Below are positions 19,419 to 28,181 of a stretch of DNA of 64,000 nucleotides, piece after piece. Both the position numbers and the translations under genes were made by a program. Source of the DNA: an uncultured Terriglobus sp. (lineage in GTDB: Bacteria; Acidobacteriota; Terriglobia; Terriglobales; Acidobacteriaceae); contig CAXUHM010000010.1 of assembly GCA_964250935.1 (NCBI GenBank), positions 27,514 through 91,513 of the forward strand. Direction: 5' to 3'. The notes under the pieces were generated by a model. That model did not search any database and had not been told where the DNA came from. It saw only the letters and a list, made by a program, of their open reading frames with translations. How positions within the stretch are numbered: position 1 is the first letter of the stretch; every line of letters starts with the position of its first letter.

Positions 19419-21842
19419 ATGTCAGGTGTCCTCAGGAACATACAGTATGCCGTGCGTACCCTTTGGAAGAGTCCAGGACTTACCATCACCGTCCTGCTGA
19501 CGCTTGCACTGGGAATCGGCGCCAACACGGCAATCTTCACCGTGGACTACGCGACTCTCCTTGCGCCTCTGCCCTATCCCGAGCCGCAACAGTTAGTGGT
19601 CGTCTGGTCCAAAATTCAGACCTTCCACAATGGCATCTCGGCGGGCGACTACACCGACTGGCGCGACCGAAGTACCTCGTTTCAAAGCCTGAACGCCTTT
19701 TCAGGAGCCGCGTTCAACATCGCGAGTGCCAGTGAGCCGGAGAACGTGGACGGCATGCAGGTCACCCCCGGCTACTACAGAATGTTGGGTCTCCCGTTCT
19801 TCCTGGGTCGGGACTTTTTGAAGGAAGAGGGAACTCTGGGGAAAGATCACGTGGTGATCCTGACCCACAAAATGTGGATGCACCTCGGTTCCGACCCCGG
19901 CCTGGTGGGTCACACCATGCGCGTTAACGGTGAGCCATACACCGTGGTCGGCGTGCTTGCGCCAGGTGTGGCGGACCGCAATGACACTCAACTCATCGTG
20001 CCGCTCGTGTTCAAGCCGGAGCAGCTGAACCACGACTTCCACTGGCTGCTCTCGATCGGCCGCCTCAAGCCGGGAGTGAGCGTCCGCCAGGCCCAGGCGG
20101 AGATGGACGGCGTCGCCAGCCAGATCGCGGCTGCCTATCCCAAGAGCAATAAGGGCTGGGGTGTTTTCGTGGAGCCGCTCAAAAATGACTTCCTGCCCAG
20201 CGAGCGCAAGCAGACGCTGTGGATGCTCCTTGGGGCAGTCACCTTCATTCTTCTCATCGCCTGCGTCAACGTCGCGAACCTGCTGCTTTCCCGGGGTGTC
20301 GCACGCCAAAAAGAGCTCGCCGTGCGAAGCGCGCTGGGTGCCTCGCGGCGTACCATCTTCGGCCAGCTCCTCACAGAAAGCCTGCTGCTGGCACTTGCTG
20401 GCGGTCTTCTGGGAATCGGCGTTGGCTACGCCCTGTTGCGATCGCTCATCGCTGCGATGCCGCGCAACACCCTGCCGACCGAGGCAGACCTCCATCTCAA
20501 CTGGCCCATCCTGCTCTTTACGCTGTTTGCCACCACGGTCGCAGGCCTGGTCTTCGGCAGTGCACCTGCCTGGTATGCGTCAAAGACCGATCCCGCCGAC
20601 AGCTTGAGAGAAGGCGCGCGCTCCGGCATCGGAGCCGGCCGAAAGCGCCTGCGGCAGGGCCTGGTCGTTGCGGAGTTCGCTCTGTCGCTCGCCCTGTTGA
20701 CGGGTGCCGGTTTGGCCATTCACAGCTTCCTCAACCTTACCCGCGTCGATCTCGGTTTGCGTACTGACCATGTCTTAACCTTCAGCCTTCCCGTACCGGA
20801 CTCCCGGCCGAAAGATCCCGAAAAAATCATCGCGTACTACCGGCAGATGCTCAGCAGGATCTCAGCGGTCCCTGGGGTGACTTCTGCTTCCGCCATGACG
20901 GGGTTGCCGCTGTTCGGCACTGGATTTGGCATGCCGTTTACCATCGTTGGCAAGCCGGCGTTCAACGACCCCTCCCTGCGGCCGAATACCCGCTTTGGCA
21001 TGGTCACGCCGGGCTTCTTCCAGACGTTCGGTGTCACCATCGTGAAAGGCCGAGCCCTCCGGGAGCAGGACGGCACCGCGGGCGTCAAGGTCGCCGTGGT
21101 CAATGAAGATTTTGTGCGCAAGTACTTCACAGGCACCGACCCGCTGCAGCAGCGTATTTCCATGGAACAGCTCATTCCCGGCATCACGAAGCTGGGACCG
21201 GCCATCGAATGGCAGGTCGTCGGGGTGTACCACAACGTCCGCAGCGGCGGCTTACGCGAGGACAACCCGGAGATGATGATCTCCTTCTGGCAGATTCCCT
21301 GGCCAGCGGCCGGCATCGGTGTACGATCCGTGATCGCACCCGCTGCCATGTTGAAGAGCATCTCTGCCGCGGTGCATTCCGTCGATCCGGAGATCGCGGT
21401 GGCCGAGCCGCGCACCATGGAAGAGGTGCAAGCCCTCGTCATGTCCGACGACCGCTTTACCCTGACGCTCTTTGTTTGCTTTGCCGTGGTCGCGCTGTTG
21501 CTGGCTGCCCTTGGCATCTACGGCGTCATGTCTTTTTCGGTAGCCCAACGATCGCATGAAGTCGCGATTCGCATGGCCCTGGGCTCCGACCGAGGCCGCA
21601 TCATGAGCCTGATCCTGAGAGAGGGTCTGACACTCGCCTGTGTCGGTCTCGGCATCGGCCTGATCGGAGCCTTCCTGGTCAATCGCACCATGCAAAGCAC
21701 CCTGTACGGCATTGGCAAGGTCGATGGATACGTGCTGCTTCTCGTATCCGTCGCGCTCTTAACCGCAGCGGTGCTGGCATGCCTGATTCCTGCACGCCGG
21801 GCAGTGTCCATCGAGCCCATGCAGGCTCTCCGTGCGGAGTAG
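19419..21842 (+). CDS. ADOP-family (duplicated MacB/FtsX-like) ABC transporter permease
   Basis: 807 aa. It has the N-terminal signature LRNIQYAVRTLWKSPGLTITVLLTLALGIGANTAIF. Two FtsX-type modules are present, each ending in a motif like LGASRRTIFGQLL or ALGSDRGRIMSLIL. Confidence 0.9.
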   Translation: MSGVLRNIQYAVRTLWKSPGLTITVLLTLALGIGANTAIFTVDYATLLAPLPYPEPQQLVVVWSKIQTFHNGISAGDYTDWRDRSTSFQSLNAFSGAAFNIASASEPENVDGMQVTPGYYRMLGLPFFLGRDFLKEEGTLGKDHVVILTHKMWMHLGSDPGLVGHTMRVNGEPYTVVGVLAPGVADRNDTQLIVPLVFKPEQLNHDFHWLLSIGRLKPGVSVRQAQAEMDGVASQIAAAYPKSNKGWGVFVEPLKNDFLPSERKQTLWMLLGAVTFILLIACVNVANLLLSRGVARQKELAVRSALGASRRTIFGQLLTESLLLALAGGLLGIGVGYALLRSLIAAMPRNTLPTEADLHLNWPILLFTLFATTVAGLVFGSAPAWYASKTDPADSLREGARSGIGAGRKRLRQGLVVAEFALSLALLTGAGLAIHSFLNLTRVDLGLRTDHVLTFSLPVPDSRPKDPEKIIAYYRQMLSRISAVPGVTSASAMTGLPLFGTGFGMPFTIVGKPAFNDPSLRPNTRFGMVTPGFFQTFGVTIVKGRALREQDGTAGVKVAVVNEDFVRKYFTGTDPLQQRISMEQLIPGITKLGPAIEWQVVGVYHNVRSGGLREDNPEMMISFWQIPWPAAGIGVRSVIAPAAMLKSISAAVHSVDPEIAVAEPRTMEEVQALVMSDDRFTLTLFVCFAVVALLLAALGIYGVMSFSVAQRSHEVAIRMALGSDRGRIMSLILREGLTLACVGLGIGLIGAFLVNRTMQSTLYGIGKVDGYVLLLVSVALLTAAVLACLIPARRAVSIEPMQALRAE

Positions 21843-21939
21843 GGCTTTTCAGGACCTCCTCACCCTGCAGTCGGTCTCGTGCGCGTAGCCCTCCTAAAGA
21901 CGATTGAGTGTATCGCGTTAGACTGAAACCGAGGTTTCT

Positions 21940-22542
21940 TTGAGCGAGAACAACTTCATCTGGCTGGCGAACTGGCTGGTGATCGACTTTATCAATACCA
22001 GTCCCGGCTCGGAGCTGCACCCTGCAGACAACCTGCCGGATGCCCACGCGTTCAAACGCTGGCTGATTGCGGGCAAGGTGAAAGGCGCCGATTCAATTGT
22101 GCTTGAAAACGAAGACAGGGATCGTTGCTGGAGCTTCGCGCTTGCCTATCGCGCTCTGCTCCGCAAGGGCGTCGCGGCCCTGGTCGCCGGCAAGGCTCTG
22201 CCGAACGCTCTCGTTCCCAAGACGAACATGCTGCTTGCCGAGCCGGACAATGCGGACCGTCTTGTTGAGGAAAACGGGGTGTTCCGCCTTTCCACTGCGC
22301 CGAAGTTCCAGTCGCCGCGCACGCTCATGATCCCGGTCGCACGTTCCTTCGCCAGCCTGCTGACAGAGGCAGACCGCAAGCGTTTGCGGGAGTGCAAGAA
22401 TCCGGCCTGCGGCCTCTACTTCTACGACACCAGCAAGAGTGGAACCCGTGCCTGGTGCAGCCTCGAACGTTGTGGCAACCGGTTGCGGATCGCGGCGTTC
22501 CGAAAAAAGCGCGCACAACCTGCAGGCGCCAAAGCCAACTAG
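21940..22542 (+). CDS. ABATE/CGNR zinc-finger domain protein
   Basis: The C-terminus is CKNPACGLYFYDTSKSGTRAWCSLERCGNRLRIAAFRKKR. Confidence 0.85.
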   Translation: MSENNFIWLANWLVIDFINTSPGSELHPADNLPDAHAFKRWLIAGKVKGADSIVLENEDRDRCWSFALAYRALLRKGVAALVAGKALPNALVPKTNMLLAEPDNADRLVEENGVFRLSTAPKFQSPRTLMIPVARSFASLLTEADRKRLRECKNPACGLYFYDTSKSGTRAWCSLERCGNRLRIAAFRKKRAQPAGAKAN

Positions 22543-22709
22543 CTCACCGGTTCGGGATGGCGAAACGTCGTTACACCTTTGCGGTTTTCGTGTAACATGC
22601 TTTCTGTGCTGCAACTGTTACGAGCGCAGAAGATCTGGAGTTGGACCCGGAAGTCACGACAGCCTCGCCATCGAAGCCTGGCGATTGCCGAGACCCAGGC
22701 CGCTCCAGG

Positions 22710-22769
22710 CAAGACAGCGTCAGGACAATCAAGACAGCGTCCGGGCAATCGAGGACAGCCTCTGGGCGC
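22710..22769. repeat. three tandem 20-nt repeats with decaying identity
   Basis: CAAGACAGCGTCAGGACAAT / CAAGACAGCGTCCGGGCAAT / CGAGGACAGCCTCTGGGCGC, read directly from the sequence. Confidence 0.6.
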
Positions 22770-22951
22770 CTTCATCATGTGTCGACGGAGCAACTCAGGA
22801 TCCGCGCCGTGCGCAACCTTGCGGAGAACCCGAAGCTGAGCATGCTGCTCAAAGGCTGGTCCGGTCATGGCAGCAACCGTGTGTCCACCCACGGTGGGCC
22901 ACCATCCCGACAGGCTCTGCTGCTGCAATGAACCAAGAAAGAGGAGCGACC

Positions 22952-23458
22952 ATGGAGTCTGGCCCGGAAAACCATAGCAGCCCGTATGCAAATCTGCAGG
23001 ACCTCACCCGGCGTGTTGCCGCCATTGTGCTGCGCTACGGTCTTGTGCTCGTCACTGTCTGGTTTGCCGTGATGAAGTTCACCCATCTCGAGGCTGCCGG
23101 CATACAACCGCTCGTCTCGAAAAGTCCGCTGCTGGGTTGGATGTATCGCTTTCTTTCGGCGCAGCAGTTCTCCACCGGGCTTGGTTGCGTGGAGTTGCTT
23201 GTCGCCCTGCTTGTGGCGTGCAGGCCTGTTTCTGCCAGGGTGTGTGCGGTCGGCAGCCTTGCGGCAGTTGGCATGTTCCTGACCACGCTGTCTTTCCTGG
23301 TATCCACTCCGGGCTGGGAACCAAGCCTCGGAGGCTTTCCCGCACCATCGCTGATGGTTGGTGAGTTTCTCATCAAGGACATCGTGCTTTTGGGTGCGGC
23401 GTTCTGGTCGCTTGCCGAAGCCTGGGGTGCAGCGATCGGGGCGCCCTCCACCCGCTAA
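22952..23458 (+). CDS. DUF417 (YkgB-like) membrane protein
   Basis: It shows RYGLVLVTVWFAVMKFTHLEAAGIQPLVSKSPLLGWMY and FLIKDIVLLGAAFW. I prefer ATG 22952, preceded by GAGGAG. The 339-aa track ORF from 22439 has a non-protein-like N-terminus. Confidence 0.75.
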   Translation: MESGPENHSSPYANLQDLTRRVAAIVLRYGLVLVTVWFAVMKFTHLEAAGIQPLVSKSPLLGWMYRFLSAQQFSTGLGCVELLVALLVACRPVSARVCAVGSLAAVGMFLTTLSFLVSTPGWEPSLGGFPAPSLMVGEFLIKDIVLLGAAFWSLAEAWGAAIGAPSTR

Positions 23459-23502
23459 CCTACTGGTTTGCTCGCGTGTCTCTTGACGCAGAGGAGTGCC
23501 TT

Positions 23503-23823
23503 GTGGCCTGGTTTTACCTGTTTCTTGCCGGCGTGTTCGAGGTCAGCTTCACGACCACCCTCCGCTTTATCAACAACTTTCGAAACATTCCCGCAACAGC
23601 GGGCTTTCTCTTGTCGGTGTCGCTGAGTCTGCTCTTTCTCGAAATTGCAAGTAAGACCATTCCACTTGGAACCGCATACGCCATCTGGACCGGCATCGGA
23701 GCGGTGGGAACGGTAGGCATTGGCATGATCTGGTTTCACGAGCCCGCCACCCTGGGGCGTGGCCTCCTGATTGCCGGCATCGTCGGCTGTGCTATCGGGC
23801 TGAAACTGACCGCTGGCGAGTAG
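23503..23823 (+). CDS. sugE: SMR-family small multidrug/guanidinium exporter (SugE/Gdx-like)
   Basis: It shows AWFYLFLAGVFEV (conserved membrane Glu), PLGTAYAIWTGIGAVGT and GIVGCAIGLKL. I prefer GTG 23503, which has GAGGAG 7 nt upstream. Confidence 0.85.
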   Translation: MAWFYLFLAGVFEVSFTTTLRFINNFRNIPATAGFLLSVSLSLLFLEIASKTIPLGTAYAIWTGIGAVGTVGIGMIWFHEPATLGRGLLIAGIVGCAIGLKLTAGE

Positions 23824-23901
23824 GCCCACACTTGGGCAACGTCGCGCAAAAGTCGCGATACACCCCAACAACGCCGCAGTTCCGCCGCTGCGGAACATAC
23901 G

Positions 23902-24234
23902 CTACGTCGGCCAGCTTGTGTTCGGCTCCCCCTGCCGGATGGTGTAGGCGATCAGAAATCGCATTGCCTCCGTCAGGCTTCCATTTCTGCTCACCCGGTG
24001 AACACTCGCCCTGTCCTGAAAGCTCTGCCCCGCAACAAAGGTCTCTTCCGGATCCTGATCGAACGCCGTGACCATCGTTCCTTCCAGAACAAAGCCGATG
24101 CCAACTACCGGATGGCTGTGGCCGCTCGCATCTGCTCCCGGTGGATACGTCACCAGAAAGAGCCGCGTCTCCCAACCGGGCATGTCACCCACCACAGATG
24201 TTTCTAACAACGTTCTGATGACTTCCGCACTCAT
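23902..24234 (-). CDS. cupin domain protein
   Basis: It shows YPPGADASGHSHP...GFVLEGTM...H, a cupin motif. I prefer the start MSAEVIRTLL (ATG 24234). Confidence 0.7.
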   Translation of the reverse strand: MSAEVIRTLLETSVVGDMPGWETRLFLVTYPPGADASGHSHPVVGIGFVLEGTMVTAFDQDPEETFVAGQSFQDRASVHRVSRNGSLTEAMRFLIAYTIRQGEPNTSWPT

Positions 24235-24452
24235 GCCGCGTTGGATGCCGACACCAGGAACTTTGTTTCTGGACACACCCGCGGAACAGGGCAGCGGCAG
24301 ATGATCACGACGCCGTTCCTGGCGATCAAGCTGAGCTGGTTGTTCGCGGACGGAGACGCCCAACTTCGTCTCCAAGAACACGCTGCTTCTCAGTTGTCGT
24401 GTCGATCAACTCGGCTTGAGAAGATCTTGCGTGTCCAGGTCTGGAAAGGGAA

Positions 24453-24544
24453 TGGCGGAGAGTGAGGGATTCGAACCCCCGATCGCCTTACGACGATGTC
24501 TGATTTCGAGTCAGGTGCATTCAACCGGGCTCTGCCAACTCTCC
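24453..24544 (-). tRNA. tRNA-Ser(CGA): tRNA-Ser, anticodon CGA
   Basis: The reverse complement folds by eye. Acceptor is GGAGAGT/ACTCTCC, the anticodon stem-loop is CCTGA-CTCGAAA-TCAGA, and there is a long variable arm. The T-arm is GGGGGTTCGAATCCCTC, the discriminator is G, and CCA is encoded. Confidence 0.9.
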
Positions 24545-24716
24545 GCGCTCGCTTAGTTTACGCGATTCTGACGAAACAGGAAGTATCGGTCGTGCCTCGG
24601 CAATCCGAGTCTTGAACTAGGACACGACCTGCAAATCCGCCGGCGTGCAAGACAAGCCGCCGTGCGCCCCAAACCATGCCGACGACAGGGGAATCGTTGC
24701 CTCCCGAGCCAGCGGA

Positions 24717-25877
24717 CTAATTTTTCGGCTGCTTGTCCACCCCTCTGCCCGGATTCTTCGCATGCACCAGGTCGGGTGTCGCGACAGCACCAAGGGTTTC
24801 CACTTGCGTCTCGGGATCGATGCGCTTGGTACGCGTGAATGGCTTTAGCGGTACGGACTGACCGGATCGGAGGGCCTCATGGATGCCCTCAAGCACACGC
24901 ACGTCCGCGTAGCCCTCCTCCCCATCCGGCTCGACTGCCTTCTCGTTCAAAATGCAATCGGAGAAGTACTTCAATTCGCCGCCGAAGTGGTCAGTGTTTT
25001 TGAACGTTTCACTCGACTTCTTGTCCTTGATGGCGATGGTCTGCTCCAGGCCTTTGCCGAACATGTAGCACGGGTCGAGCGCAATGGTTCCCTTTGTTCC
25101 CACAGCCGTAAGGTTGTTGGTGGGGTTGCCAAAGTACGACAGGGTGAACTGCGCCAGCTTGTTCCCCGGAAAACGCAATGTCACGGCAACGGTATCGAAA
25201 AAGTCCTTGGGAAAACCGGTCCCCTCGTGATTGACCCCGACGGCGCTCACCACCTCCGTCGGCTCATCGGAAAATACATAACGTGCCGCGTTGACCGGAT
25301 AGGGACCCATGTCGAACACCGGGCCGGCCAGGTCTCCATGGTGCGCACGATGGTCGGCGGGATCGACCATCTGCGCAAAGGTCGAGGTAAACAGGTGGAC
25401 GTCGCCCAGATCGCCGGAGCCGATCTTCTGAATCGTGTCGAGCGTTGCCGGCTCAAAGTGAAGGCGGTAGGCCACCATCAACTTGGCGCGCGTCATTCGG
25501 CTGGCGGCAAGAATCTCCTCGCACTTGTCTGTGCTCACCTCCAACGGCTTCTCGGTCAGCACGTGGATACCCGCCGCCAGCGCGGGGACAATGAACTCGG
25601 CATGCCGCCAGTTCGGCGTCGCCAGGTAAATTGCGTCAAAGGTTCCGCTCGTCAGGGCCTCGTTGAATTGCTCGTAGGTGTAAGTCGCCGTGACTTCGTA
25701 CCTTTCACCGAGCTCTTTTGCCTTCACCGGGTCCCCGGTCACAATGGCCGTCAACGTCGAATTGCCCGTGTGCTTAATGCCCGGCATCATGTCTTCCTGT
25801 GCAATGTCTCCGGCGCCCACAATGGCATAGCGCACCTTCTTGTCCGGGTCGATCCCCAGCAGTTCCTTGATCCCCAT
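24717..25877 (-). CDS. Gfo/Idh/MocA family oxidoreductase
   Basis: It shows MGIKELLGIDPDKKVRYAIVGAGDIAQEDMMPG (Rossmann fold) and EKPLEVS. ATG 25877 is preferred. The track ORF extends to 26318 with an Arg/Ala-rich, non-protein-like N-terminus. Confidence 0.9.
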   Translation of the reverse strand: MGIKELLGIDPDKKVRYAIVGAGDIAQEDMMPGIKHTGNSTLTAIVTGDPVKAKELGERYEVTATYTYEQFNEALTSGTFDAIYLATPNWRHAEFIVPALAAGIHVLTEKPLEVSTDKCEEILAASRMTRAKLMVAYRLHFEPATLDTIQKIGSGDLGDVHLFTSTFAQMVDPADHRAHHGDLAGPVFDMGPYPVNAARYVFSDEPTEVVSAVGVNHEGTGFPKDFFDTVAVTLRFPGNKLAQFTLSYFGNPTNNLTAVGTKGTIALDPCYMFGKGLEQTIAIKDKKSSETFKNTDHFGGELKYFSDCILNEKAVEPDGEEGYADVRVLEGIHEALRSGQSVPLKPFTRTKRIDPETQVETLGAVATPDLVHAKNPGRGVDKQPKN

Positions 25878-26029
25878 TGTGCGTGCTCTCCCTTGGCGGT
25901 GTCTCCACGCCGTTGTACAGGGTCTGATGCCGTGTAGGGCGTATGACGGCGCATCTGCGAAGCGCGGCATGCGCTGCTGTGGAATGATGGCAGGGTGCTT
26001 GCCATTTACTGGAAGCGAGGTACGGAAAC

Positions 26030-28102
26030 ATGATACCCAGGCGATGGACAACGGCTGCCTTGCTGTGCGGCACCGCTCTGACGGCGCAGCAGCCACAGCA
26101 GAAGCAGCAGCCTGAACCGCTTGCGCTGCTGCCACTGCCGACCACCGTACGTCTGCCCGGCTTGGCCGATGGGGAGTTTCGCATCGACTCCGCCGTTTCC
26201 GTTGAGCTCGGAGCATCGCGCGACGACCGCCTTCAGCGAGGCGTTTTGCGCGCACTGAAACGCTTGGAAGACCGCACAGGCGTGGCACTGCCGCGTTCCA
26301 TCCCGACGTCGCCCGCAAGCGGCGTGCGGCGGATCGTGGTCACCGCCGCAGCCGAGGGCGCAGCTGTGCAGAATGTCGATGCGGACGAGTCCTACAACCT
26401 GTCCGTCGATGCGACAACGGTCACCATCGAGGCGCCCACGACCAACGGCGCGTTGCACGGCCTGGAAACCATGCTGCAGCTGGTTCGAGCCAGCGACGAC
26501 ACATACGTTCTTCCTGCGTTGACCATTACCGATGCGCCGCGCTTTCCCTGGCGTGGATTGATGATCGATTGTGGCCGGCACTTTGAGCCGCTCGACGTGC
26601 TCAAGCGCAACATCGACGCCATGGCGGCAGTCAAGCTGAACGTGTTTCACTGGCACCTGACCGAGGACCAGGGCTTTCGCATGGAGAGCAGGGTCTATCC
26701 CCGGCTGACGGCGCTTGGCTCCGACGGCCTCTTCTACACCCAGGATGATGCGCGCGACCTGGTGCGGTACGCCCGCGACCGCGGCATCCGCGTCGTGCCT
26801 GAGTTTGAAATGCCGGGTCACTCCGCCGCTTGGCTGGTGGCCTATCCTGAGCTTGCGAGCGGCACGGTCCCCTCGGGCATCCGACGGCAGTTCGGCATCT
26901 CCGACACGGCGCTCGACCCGACCCGCGAAGAGACCTACGTCTTTCTCGAGGCGTTTCTGCGCGAGATGACCGGCATCTTCCCTGACCAGTACCTCCACAT
27001 CGGCGGTGACGAAACTCCCGCACCCGATTGGAAGTCGAACCCACGTATCCTGGCGTTCAAGCAGGCCCATGGTTTGGCGGATAACGATGCGCTGCAGGCC
27101 TACTTCAACCAGCGCGTGCTTGCCATCCTGACCAAACTAAACCGTCGCATGGTGGGCTGGGACGAGATCCTGACGCCGGCATTGCCCAGGGATGTCGTGG
27201 TGCAATCCTGGCGTGGCGAGGCGTCGCTTGAAAAGGGTGCGCAGCAGGGCTACCAGGGCGTGCTGAGCGCACCCTACTACCTGGACGCCATGAAGCCGGC
27301 AGGGCAGATGTACCTTGCCGACCCGGTACCGGCCGAAACCAAGCTGACGCCCCCGCAGCAAAAACTGATCCTTGGCGGCGAGGTCACCATGTGGGCCGAG
27401 CAGCTGGACGAGCACACGATCGACTCGCGCATCTGGCCGCGAACCGCGGCCATCGCCGAGCGCTTCTGGTCGGCGCAAAACGTGCGCGATGTGAACGACC
27501 TGTATCGCCGGCTGCAGCCCGTCTCTCTGGAACTGGAAGCTCGCGGCGTGCGGCATCTGTCCGCGGAAGATGCCGGCCTGCGATCCCTGGCAGAAAGTGA
27601 AGACGTGGAGGCTCTGCACGTGGTGGCACAGGCGTTTGAACCAGCCTCCTTTGGGGAGCGCTACCAGCAGCAGAACACCTCGCAGCTCACCCCGCTAACC
27701 AGCTTTGTGGATGCCGTGCGGCCGGACCCACCGCTCAGGCACGCGCTTGCACTTGCAGTGGCCACGTTGCTCAACGGACCCGCAACGCTCCCGTCGGGCC
27801 AAAAGATGGCGGCGGAAGAGCTGCGCCTGTTCTTCGCCAACCTGACCATCGCGTTAGAAACAGTCAGGCCGCAGGCCGCGGCACATCTGCGACTGCGTCC
27901 CATGCAGGCACAGTTCGACCTGCTTGGCCGTCTGGCCACCCTTGGCAGCGAGGCCCTGGCGCATCGCGCCAATGGCGTGCCGGTTGGTGAGGCGTGGAAA
28001 GTACAGGCGCGGGCGACCCTTGCCGAAGCCAAAAAGCCGTCCCAAAGTGTTCGCTTCACCTTTTTGGACCCCCTTGCCACGTTGGTCGATGCCACGCGCT
28101 GA
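26030..28102 (+). CDS. glycoside hydrolase family 20 beta-N-acetylhexosaminidase (secreted)
   Basis: It shows DAPRFPWRGLMIDCGRHF, LNVFHWHLTEDQGFR, VPEFEMPGHS and HIGGDE, which are GH20 catalytic motifs. Confidence 0.9.
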   Translation: MIPRRWTTAALLCGTALTAQQPQQKQQPEPLALLPLPTTVRLPGLADGEFRIDSAVSVELGASRDDRLQRGVLRALKRLEDRTGVALPRSIPTSPASGVRRIVVTAAAEGAAVQNVDADESYNLSVDATTVTIEAPTTNGALHGLETMLQLVRASDDTYVLPALTITDAPRFPWRGLMIDCGRHFEPLDVLKRNIDAMAAVKLNVFHWHLTEDQGFRMESRVYPRLTALGSDGLFYTQDDARDLVRYARDRGIRVVPEFEMPGHSAAWLVAYPELASGTVPSGIRRQFGISDTALDPTREETYVFLEAFLREMTGIFPDQYLHIGGDETPAPDWKSNPRILAFKQAHGLADNDALQAYFNQRVLAILTKLNRRMVGWDEILTPALPRDVVVQSWRGEASLEKGAQQGYQGVLSAPYYLDAMKPAGQMYLADPVPAETKLTPPQQKLILGGEVTMWAEQLDEHTIDSRIWPRTAAIAERFWSAQNVRDVNDLYRRLQPVSLELEARGVRHLSAEDAGLRSLAESEDVEALHVVAQAFEPASFGERYQQQNTSQLTPLTSFVDAVRPDPPLRHALALAVATLLNGPATLPSGQKMAAEELRLFFANLTIALETVRPQAAAHLRLRPMQAQFDLLGRLATLGSEALAHRANGVPVGEAWKVQARATLAEAKKPSQSVRFTFLDPLATLVDATR

Positions 28103-28181
28103 CCATGCCGCCCACACCCTATGAACTTCCACACCACGGTGCCTGGCAGCAGCCTGCCGCGGCCTACGGTGCCGTGCGCCG

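Noticed and set aside
23459-23502. Possible guanidine-II (mini-ykkC) riboswitch in front of the SugE/Gdx gene, because a CTCT-TGACGC-AGAG hairpin with an ACG-containing loop overlaps the Shine-Dalgarno
   Set aside because: There is only one weak 4-bp hairpin, the loop is 6 nt rather than an ACGR tetraloop, and there is no second hairpin. The 44-nt gap is more simply an intra-operon spacer after DUF417. Only a cmsearch could settle it.
23902-24716. tRNA-Ser as an integration hotspot or genomic-island border
   Set aside because: There is no integrase, no transposase and no direct repeat of the tRNA 3' end within the visible flanks. The neighbouring small genes (cupin, sugE, DUF417) have the same composition as the rest of the window.
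25878-26318. 147-codon N-terminal extension of the Gfo/Idh/MocA ORF. Similar extensions occur at 22439-22951 (DUF417), 29041-29460 (yihY), 30377-30460 (spoIIE), 37185-37421 (ccmE) and 62185-62301 (ctaD)
   Set aside because: The extensions are compositionally non-protein-like and overlap neighbouring genes or promoters. Conserved family N-termini begin at the internal starts I chose.
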